10,455 nucleotides of DNA from assembly GCA_963844035.1 (NCBI GenBank), contig CAWJMT010000039.1, positions 1-10,455 on the forward strand. Reading direction: 5' to 3'. Position 1 is the first letter of the stretch, and the number at the start of each line of letters is the position of its first letter. A program made the translations under genes and the position numbers. The stretch comes from an uncultured Gemmatimonadales bacterium (GTDB lineage Bacteria > Gemmatimonadota > Gemmatimonadetes > Gemmatimonadales > GWC2-71-9). This document shows positions 1-7,198 of the stretch, in pieces. The notes under the pieces were generated by a model. The model had not been told where the DNA came from. It saw nothing but the letters and a program-made list of their open reading frames with translations, and ran no database searches.

Positions 1-1672
1 GAAGGACCTCGAACGCCTGAAGGACAGCTATCGCGATCTCTATCACAACTCGCCGGTCATGTTCTTCAGCCTCGATCCCCGGGGCCGGCTGGTCACCTTC
101 AACGACACGCTACTGCGAATCCTCGGCCACCGCCGCGAGGACCTGCAAGAGCATTCGTACCAGGACCTGCTGTCGTCCGCCGGCGCCGAGGCCTGGAAGC
201 GGCAGGGCAAGGAGGCGACAAGGCGGCGAGTCATCCGCTGGCTCGCGAAGGCGAGCTCGAAGACGCAGTGGCGCAAGAACGACGGCGCCTGATCGAGGTG
301 TGGATCCGCACGGTTGCGGTGCGCGATCATCGCGGCAAGGTCGTCCGCTTTCGCAGCTCGGCCCTCGACCTCACCGAACGCCATCGCCTGGCCCACGAGC
401 TCAACCACCGCGGCGACGAGCTCGAACGCACCAACGCCCGAGCTGCGACACGATCATCCAGCGAGCTCGAGGAGTTCAGCCACGTCGTCTCGCACGACCT
501 CAAGGAGCCGCTGCGGACCTTCCAGGCGTTCAGCCACTTCCTGGCCGAGGACTTACGCCGCCCAGCTCGGCGCCGACGGCTTCCAGTACATCAATCACCT
601 GTGCCAGGCGAGCCGGCGACTGGGCAGCCTGATCGACGATCTGCTGACGCTGAGCCAGGCCGGCCGCATCACGAGCAGTCCCGACGCGTCTTCGACCTGA
701 ACGAGATCGTCGCCACGGTTCGCCGCGACCTGCTCGACCTGATCCAGCGCAAGGAGGCGACACTCATCGTCGAAGGCTCGCTGCCCGACAGTCGTCGGCG
801 ATCCGCACCGCATCACGCAGCTGCTGGCCAACCTGGTCGGCAACGGCCTCAAGTACAACCCCAGCCCGAAACCGCAGTCGTGACGATCGGCCAGCGCCAG
901 CGCCGACCCAGCCGGACAACATCGCCGGCCGGTCACGCTGTACGTGCGCGACAACGGCATCGGCATCGACGCCCGCTATCACGAGCAGATCTTCGGCATG
1001 TTCCGCCGCCTGCACCAGCGCAGGAGGAGTACGAGGGCACCGGCGCCGGCCTGGCCATCTGCAAGAAGATCGTCGAGGCCCACGGCGGCCGCATCTGGGT
1101 CGAGTCGCAGCCCGGCCAGGGAACCACGTTCTACTTCACGCTGCCCGAGCCCCAGCCCGCGGCCCAGAGAAGCACGCCGGCCGCGAAGCCGACCGCCGAC
1201 GAACCCGCGAAGACGCGGTACCGGCCTATACGGCGCCGACCAACCCAGCGTCGAGCAATGCCGCGAAGGGCAGCTTGGAGCAGCCGCCGCATCGTGCTGG
1301 TCGAGGACACCCACGAGATCGGCCTGATCATCCAGAAGCTGGCTCAGCGCCCGGCCCAGCAGCTCACCTGGTTCACGACCGCCGAGGAAGCCCTGGTCCA
1401 TCTGCGTGACCACGGCGCCGAGCTGTTGCTCTTCGACGTCAACCTCCCCGGCATGAGCGGCATCGAGCTCGGCCGCGAGGTTCGCCGTCGCGCTCATCTC
1501 GACCGCATCGCCCTCGTTCCTCTCGCAGGCGCCCGAGGACCTGGACAAGCTTCGCGGCGACGGCGTGAACCTGGTCCTGTCCAAGGAGCTGCTGACCCGT
1601 CCCGCCGAATGGCAGCAACGCATCCGCCACATCCTGCTCGATCGGCCCGCCACTGTCGCCGCCGCCGATTGA
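1..1672 (+). CDS. PAS/PAC-domain hybrid sensor histidine kinase with C-terminal receiver domain (5' end outside window; many frameshifts, probably sequencing errors)
   Basis: Stitching the + frames gives PAS ([25 protein letters not shown]), PAC ([36 protein letters not shown]), H-box [19 protein letters not shown]-box [14 protein letters not shown]1 [10 protein letters not shown]-box IFGMFRRL, G2 [37 protein letters not shown], then REC (IVLVED...[13 protein letters not shown]...LVLSK). It ends [17 protein letters not shown] with TGA at 1670-1672. Confidence 0.9.
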
Positions 1673-1708
1673 ACGCCCGAACCGATGCCAATGATGCGTG
1701 TCTTCGCT

Positions 1709-1877
1709 GCACCAACCCGACGCGTCAGCGAGGGGTACGGCACCGACGCGTCAGCGAGGGGTACGGCACCGACGCGTCAGCGAGGGGTACGGCACCGACG
1801 CGTCAGCGAGGGGTACGGCACCGACGCGTCAGCGAGGGGTACGGCGACACTCCCTCGCTGACGCGTCGGGTTGGTGC
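1709..1877. repeat. REP/REPIN-like intergenic element: five tandem 26-bp direct repeats enclosed by a perfect 26-bp inverted repeat
   Basis: Unit CCGACGCGTCAGCGAGGGGTACGGCA starts at 1717, 1743, 1769, 1795 and 1821 (last copy ends at 1845, 25/26). The left arm 1709-1734 GCACCAACCCGACGCGTCAGCGAGGG is the exact reverse complement of 1852-1877. Each unit holds the palindrome GACGCGTC. There are no spacers. Confidence 0.92.
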
Positions 1878-1922
1878 TGTCGAATCGCTCACGCTCATCT
1901 AGCGAGCAGCCGAAGGCGACCC

Positions 1923-3310
1923 ATGAACTACGAAGAGGCGATGCGGTTCTGGTTCGGCCGCGTCAACTACGAACAGCGCTCGCCCCGCGCCGACGACCTG
2001 AAGCTGGACCGCATGCGCGGCTGCTGGCGCGGCTGGGCAATCCGCACGAACGGCTGCCGCATCGTCCACATCGCCGGCAGCAAGGGCAAGGGCTCGACGT
2101 CGGCCGATGCTGGCCGCCGTGCTCGCGCCAGGCCGGCTATCGCACCGGCCTGTTCACCTCGCCGCACCTGGATCGCGTCGAGGAACGCATCAGGTCGATG
2201 GCGAGCCGATCCGCCGCGACGAACTGACCGAGCCTGCGTCGAGATCGAGGCCGGCCGTGCGGCGAGCCCTGGACGGCGACGGCGACTGCGGCACGCCGCT
2301 GACATTCTTCGAGATCGCCACCGCCCTGGGCTTTCTGCACTTCGCCCGCCGCCGCGTGGACGCTGGCCGTGCTCGAGGTCGGCCTGGGCGGCCGGTTCGA
2401 TTCGACCAACGTCTGCCGCCGCTGCGTGTCGATCATCACCAGCATCAGCTTCGATCACACGCAGCAGCTCGGCAACACGCTGGCGGCCATCGCCGCGCGA
2501 GAAGGCGGGCATCATCAAGCCGGGCCGGCCGACGATCAGCGGGGCCACGCGTCGCCGAGGCCAGGAACGTCATTGCAGGACGTCTGCCGCGAGCGCAGTG
2601 CCCGCTGGCCTGAGCTGGACGTGCGATATTCGCTTACCGCCATCACCCGGCGCATACATCGGCAAGAACGGCGACCGCGACCCGGAGGTCGAGATGAGCA
2701 CGCGCGAGCGCAAGTGGCCCGCAGTGAACTGGGACTGCTCGGCGATCACCAGGCCGCCAACGCCGCGGTCGTCCGTCGCCACCGTCGAAGAGCTCGCGCC
2801 GTCTCGGGCTGCACGTTCGCCGACGAGCCGGTGGCATCGCGGGCTTGCGCGAAGGTCGACTGGCCGGCCCGCCTGGAAGTCGTCGGCCGCCGGCCGCTGA
2901 TCGTGCTCGATTGCGCCGACAACGACGCCTCGGCCAACGCGCTGGTGCAGTCGCTGCTGAGCGTCGTTTCCGCTGAACGCTGGAGGCCGGCGGCTGCTCG
3001 TCTTCGCCGGCAGCCGCGACAAGGACCTCAAGGGCATGCTCGAGATGCTGACGCCGCACTTCGAGCATCTGTCTTCTGACGCGCTTTCGCGACAACCCAC
3101 GTTTCGTGCGCGCCCGCAGCAACTCGCTCGAACTCGTGCCCGCCTCGTTCCGCACCGGCTGCACGGTGTGTGCCGATGCCGCGGGCGCCCTCGACGCGGC
3201 GCGACGACTGGCGACGCCCGGACGACCTCATCTGCGTCACCGGCTCCGTGTTCCTGGCGGGTGAGCTGCGACCACTGCTGGTGCGTTCGAGCCCGGCAGT
3301 GTCCACGTAG
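1923..3310 (+). CDS. folC: Bifunctional folylpolyglutamate synthase/dihydrofolate synthase (many frameshifts, probably sequencing errors)
   Basis: ATG at 1923 (MNYEEAMRFWFGRVNYE). Motifs across frames: LGNPHE, P-loop IVHIAGSKGKGST, GYRTGLFTSPHL..VEERI, TFFEIATALGFLHF, LEVGLGGRFDSTNV, IITSISFDHTQQLGNTL..IA.EKAGIIK, LLGDHQAANAA, WPARLEVV, VFAGSRDKD, and DDLICVTGSVFLAGELR. TAG at 3308-3310. Confidence 0.93.
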
Positions 3311-3333
3311 GGACAAGCAGCTTGCTTGTTCCT
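3307..3333 (+). repeat. GTAG-footed REP-like hairpin overlapping the folC stop codon
   Basis: GTAG at 3307-3310. An 11-bp stem AGGGACAAGCA (3309-3319) pairs with TGCTTGTTCCT (3323-3333) with one G:T pair and a GCT loop. No U-tract follows. Confidence 0.55.
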
Positions 3334-3385
3334 GTGTCCCTCCAGACGCCGATGCTGCTCTTCAGATGGCCGCGAACCAACGAGG

Positions 3386-3414
3386 TAGCCTGGGTGACGC
3401 GAACTTCTGATAAT
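3386..3414 (+). promoter_or_regulatory. Possible sigma70-type promoter for the central cassette
   Basis: TAGCCT (3386-3391; 3/6 match to TTGACA), a 17-nt spacer, then GATAAT (3409-3414; 5/6 match to TATAAT), in an AT-richer patch about 40 nt upstream of ATG 3456. Motif match only. Confidence 0.25.
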
Positions 3415-3455
3415 CAACGATAGACCATTTCAATGCTCGCAGGACACCACCGATC

Positions 3456-3891
3456 ATGCTAGAAGAGGCCCTCGCACGCGGCTGGGAGAATCTCGTTGGC
3501 CGCTGGGGAGGGCCCATGAGTTTTCGCCTTTTGATGCAACCGGGAGTGGCGATCTTCTTCGCAGTTCGCGCCGGCTTGAGGGATGCTCGACTGGGCAAGC
3601 CGTCGATTCTGTGCGACTTGCTCTCGGATCCGATTACTCGGCAAGAGCGGTTTCGGCAAGTCTGGAAGGATGTCGGGACGGTCTTCATTGTCGCGCTGGT
3701 TCTGGATTCGATCTACCAGGTCATCGTCCAGGGGGGAATTTTCGCACTGGAATTGCTGATCACCGCGACGGTACTGGCCCTGGTCCCGTATGTTGTCTCG
3801 CGCGGTCTTTTCACGATGATCGCGAAATGGGCTGGAGTCGGGAAGCAACGCGTTCCCCCGACCCCAGAACGACCAAGATTCGGAAAAGTAA
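3456..3891 (+). CDS. Small predicted membrane protein of unknown function (about 145 aa; 3' end inferred)
   Basis: MLEEALARGWENLVGRWGGPMSFRLLMQP followed by hydrophobic segments GVAIFFAV, VFIVALVLDSIYQVIV and IFALELLITATVLALVPYVV. The 323-aa ORF in the track runs out of frame over the next gene. A 1-nt shift in the C-runs at about 3855-3865 gives ...PQNDQDSEK* (TAA 3889-3891), just before the RBS of the 3928 gene. Confidence 0.7.
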
Positions 3892-3927
3892 AGTCAATCA
3901 ACCTCTCAACAGGAAAGGCTCACGCGC

Positions 3928-4498
3928 ATGTCAGACACTTCGAAACAAGATTGGACCAAGCCGGCGGCGATGGCGATTCCGAAAGGGGGCTTCAGCAAGG
4001 ACGGCGCGGAGCAGGGCCGGTATGGACCGATCTTTCCCAAGACGCCGGCGTGCTACGGGTTCTCGATCCTGGCGAAGATCATTCCCGGCCGCGAGGAGGT
4101 CTTCTACGAGTATGCTCGCAATATCGAGAAGGCGGTGGCCGGGCAGCCGGACGTCCTTGCCGTGCTCAAGCTGCACTATCTCCGCTGGGTGCTCTTCCCC
4201 ATCAAGGGCGAGACCTACTTCATGTATCAGGGCATCTTCGATACCGACTTCGACAAGTACACCGAGGATGCGGTGGCGATCTTCGCCGCGTTCGGGCCTC
4301 AACACGGTCTTCGAAAACCTGGAAGGCTTTCCCAAGGACTGGAAGTCGAACGCCCCGGCGTTCATCAAGTTCGTCCGCGAACATCAGTGCCCGAGCTTCC
4401 TCGAATACGGCGAATACCCGTATGTGAGTGCGGACGAGATCAAGAAGGCACTCAAGCTCAAGGCGGCGTTTTCGAACATGCTCGACCAGATGCAGTAA
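3928..4498 (+). CDS. DyP-associated protein of unknown function, paralog A (about 189 aa after removing one extra T at about 4291); possible dimeric alpha+beta barrel
   Basis: RBS AGGAAAGG at 3911-3918. The N-part is in ORF 3928 (MSDTSKQDW...EDAVAIFAA) and the C-part is in ORF 3611..4498 (SGLNTVFENLEGFP...MLDQMQ*). The joined protein is colinear with the intact paralog at 5142-5678. Confidence 0.85.
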
Positions 4499-4530
4499 CC
4501 TTCGCATAACCCCAGCAGGAGACCGCGTAA

Positions 4531-4932
4531 ATGAACACGACTGATCCGATGGCCGCAATCCGCAACTACATCAATGCCTTCAACAAGGGTGATGGCGAAG
4601 GGATGGCGGCGATGTTTTCTGTCCCAGGCTCGATTCTTGACGGCATGGCGCCGCACCTGTGGTTGGGGCCAACGGCAGCTCAGGATTGGTATCGAGACGT
4701 GCTGATTGAAGGTGAGCAGCACGGTGCTTCAGGCTATGTCGTCACTCTCGGAGAGCCGTTGCACAATGCCGTCACCGGCGATAGCGCGTATGTGGTCGTG
4801 CCCGCGTCCATGACGTTTCAAGTGCACGGCAAGCAGGTCACGCAAACCGGCGCGGTTTTTACGGTGGCGCTTCGCAAGCTCGCCGAAGGCTGGCGCATCG
4901 CGGCCTGGGCGTGGACGAAAGGCACTCGTTAG
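4531..4932 (+). CDS. NTF2-like/SnoaL-like family protein (133 aa)
   Basis: RBS AGGAG at 4517-4521. N-terminal helix AIRNYINAFNKGDGEGMAAMF, strand pattern VTGDSAYVVV, and the C-terminal FTVALRKLAEGWRIAAWAW signature typical of NTF2-fold proteins. Confidence 0.85.
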   Translation: MNTTDPMAAIRNYINAFNKGDGEGMAAMFSVPGSILDGMAPHLWLGPTAAQDWYRDVLIEGEQHGASGYVVTLGEPLHNAVTGDSAYVVVPASMTFQVHGKQVTQTGAVFTVALRKLAEGWRIAAWAWTKGTR

Positions 4933-4953
4933 CGACAGGAACCACCTGACCCA

Positions 4954-5081
4954 ATGACCCAACAAGGAACTGCCGTGCTTGAGTTCGACGACATTCAACA
5001 CATCCTGCTGACGCGTGCGCCCGCGCTCACGGGGCGATACGAGTTTCTCTCGTTTCGAAACGCGGCGGGCGGCGCGAGTGG
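4954..5081 (+). pseudogene. Truncated N-terminal stub (about 42 codons) of a second DyP-type peroxidase
   Basis: AGGA at 4937-4940 and ATG at 4954. LEFDDIQHILLTRAP-ALTGRYEFLSFRNAAG(G)REW aligns to the start of the DyP at 5745 (LELEDIQSGVLRPRPSPYAATYILLRIDDRKAGREL). REW needs a 1-nt shift at about 5072. Similarity stops near 5081 and no GxxDG or proximal His follows. Confidence 0.7.
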
Positions 5082-5141
5082 CGCGTGGCCGTGGGCCAAC
5101 CGAGTCCGAACCTCCAAACACTTTGCCCAAGGAGCACGCCG

Positions 5142-5678
5142 ATGGCTGAGCTGAAACCCAAGGCAGTCGCGATTCCCAAAGAGTTCAAAGACCTTGAAAT
5201 GGGGAGATACGGCCCCATCTGGCCGAGCACTCCGGCGTGTTATGGCTTCACCCTCATTGCCAAGGTGAAGCCGGGGAAGGCGGAGGCCGTCCGCGAATAT
5301 GGAGTCAAGCTGTCGAAGGAACTGGAGAAAGACCCCCACCTCCTCGCGGCACTCAAGCTCCACTACCTGCGCTGGGTGCTCTTTGACAACGACACGCGCT
5401 TCATGTACCAGGGGATTTTCGACACGGATTTCGACAAGTACGTCGAGGATGCCGTGAACCTTTTCAAGCAGTCCGGCGTGACGACGGTGTTCGAGCACCT
5501 CGAAGGGTTTCCGGCCGACTGGCGGGATAACCCCGCTGCGTTCGTCAAGTTCGCCAGGGAGCACCAGTGTCACAGCTTCATGGAGTACGGCGAGTATCCC
5601 TACGTCAGCGCCGACGAGATCAAAAAGGCCCTGAAGCTCAAGGACGCGTTCTCGTCGATGCTCGACCAGATGCAATAG
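5142..5678 (+). CDS. DyP-associated protein of unknown function, paralog B (178 aa); possible dimeric alpha+beta barrel
   Basis: RBS AAGGAG at 5129-5134 and ATG at 5142 (MAELKPKAVAIPK). The ORF is intact. It shares GRYGPI.P.TPACYGF, LKLHYLRWVLF, FMYQGIFDTDFDKY.EDAV and REHQC.SF.EYGEYPYVSADEIKKALKLK.AFS.MLDQMQ with paralog A. Confidence 0.9.
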   Translation: MAELKPKAVAIPKEFKDLEMGRYGPIWPSTPACYGFTLIAKVKPGKAEAVREYGVKLSKELEKDPHLLAALKLHYLRWVLFDNDTRFMYQGIFDTDFDKYVEDAVNLFKQSGVTTVFEHLEGFPADWRDNPAAFVKFAREHQCHSFMEYGEYPYVSADEIKKALKLKDAFSSMLDQMQ

Positions 5679-5744
5679 ATACGCCTTCGGGGGATCGAAA
5701 TTCCACAAACGGGACCTGGCGACGGTTTGAAGAGGTTTGCCATC

Positions 5745-7066
5745 ATGCTCGAACTCGAAGACATCCAGAGTGGCGTCCTGCGGCCCCGACCCTCTCCGTA
5801 TGCGGCAACGTACATCTTGCTGCGCATCGACGACCGCAAGGCGGGTCGGGAGCTGATGGGCGCGTGAGCAAGGTCGTGGCCTCGGCTGCCAATCCAACCA
5901 GCCCGGCGTCGGAGGCCGGGGTCAGCGTCGCAGTCACCTTCTGGGGCCTGAGAGCGCTGGGAGTGCCGGAGAGTTCGCTTGCCAGTTTTCCGCCGGAGTT
6001 CCGGCAGGGGATGGCAGCCCGTGCGCCGATACTGGCAGATCGCGGTGAGAGCGGCCCCGAGCACTGGGAGAAACCGCTCGGGACGCCGGATGTCCACGTC
6101 GTGCTGGCCGCGCTTGCGCCCGATGCACAACGGCTCGAGGCCGTGCTAGAACGGGCGCGCAAGGCGTATCACGAGATGACAGGGATCAAGGCGATCTGGC
6201 GACAGGACTGCTTCGTGCTGCCCACGGAGCGAGAGGCATTCGGGTTCAGGGACGGCATCAGTCACCCGGCCGTCGAAGGGAGCGGCATTCCCGGGAGCAA
6301 CCCCAAGGAACCTCCCCTGAAGGCGGGTGAGATCGTCCTGGGTTACCAAGACGAATCGGGAAGTTTCCCCGCCATGCCCCAGCCCGAGGTTTTGGGCCGC
6401 AACGGCACCTACGTCGTGCTCCGCAAGTTACACCAGCGCGTGGCGCTATTCCGGCAGTACCTGAGAGCGAACTCGAAGGGGCCCGAGGGGGAGGAATTGC
6501 TGGCTGCCAAGATGATGGGGCGCTGGCGGAGTGGAGCGCCCTTGGCGCTATGCCCAGAACGAGACGACCCCGAACTGGGCGCCGATCCGAAGCGCAACAA
6601 CGACTTCCTCTACTACGAGGACGACCGATTGGGGTTCAAGACACCGCTCGGCTCCCATAGCAGGCGGACGAATCCCCGCGACGGCCTCACGGAGAGCCGC
6701 ACGAACGTGAGAATCCGGCGCATGATTCGCCGGGGCACAAGCTACGGGCCGCTGCTTCCGGAGGGAGTCCTGGAAGACGACGGCGCGGATCGGGGTTTGA
6801 TGTTTGTCTTCATCGGTGCGAACCTTACCAAGCAGTTCGAGTTCGTGCAATCGACGTGGATCAACGACGGCGAGTTCATCGGGGCGAACACCCAGACGGA
6901 CCCCATCTGCGGGACCAACGACCTATCGGCAGACATGACCATTCCGCGCCGGCCGATCCGCCAGCGTATCCAGGGCCTGCCTCGGTTCGTTGTCACGCGC
7001 GGCGGGGAGTACTGCTTCATGCCAGGGCTCCGAGCGCTGCGCTGGCTGGCGGACCTGGAAACCTGA
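5745..7066 (+). CDS. Dye-decolorizing (DyP-type) heme peroxidase, long C/D-like type, about 440 aa; one missing G at about 5858-5860
   Basis: GAGG RBS then ATG at 5745 (MLELEDIQSGVLRPRP). It joins ORF 5567..7066 at ATGGG|CGC. Motifs: catalytic GxxDG (FGFRDGISHP), RNGTYVVLRKLHQ, AAKMMGRWRSGAP, proximal His (GSHSRRTNPRD), distal Arg (MIRRGTSYG), RGLMF, QFEFVQ, and FVVTRGGEYCFMPG. Confidence 0.93.
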
Positions 7067-7198
7067 GAGGGAGTGCTAAGAATATTTCGTCGATCTGGGC
7101 AAGCCGTGGCATGTCAACGTCACCGTGAGGGGCGGGCGTCTTCCTTTCTGCCCCTGAAGGCGACTTCACTATCTCGCTGCACTGGGAGATGGCGGTAG

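Noticed and set aside
1717..1845. CRISPR array
   Set aside because: The 26-bp units are directly adjacent with no unique spacers, a terminal inverted copy is present, and there are no cas genes in the window.
1698..1922. Repeat-encoded peptide ([17 protein letters not shown]...) as a kinase C-tail or FolC N-extension
   Set aside because: The unit length of 26 is not a multiple of 3. The kinase has a natural stop at 1670-1672 and FolC homology begins at ATG 1923. The read-through results from upstream frameshifts.
1..3310. Genuine pseudogenes or programmed frameshifting in the kinase and folC
   Set aside because: The indels are numerous and scattered, motifs are otherwise preserved, and no slippery-site pattern is evident. 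Long-read error is the simpler explanation, though not proven.
5567..5744. N-terminal extension of the 499-aa DyP ORF in the track
   Set aside because: It overlaps paralog B out of frame. The real start is ATG 5745 in another frame, joined by a single missing G at about 5859.
4995..5897. 300-aa minus-strand ORF (likewise 8903-9679, 979-1743 and 2570-3316)
   Set aside because: These lie opposite well-supported + strand genes and have typical antisense composition with no family motifs.
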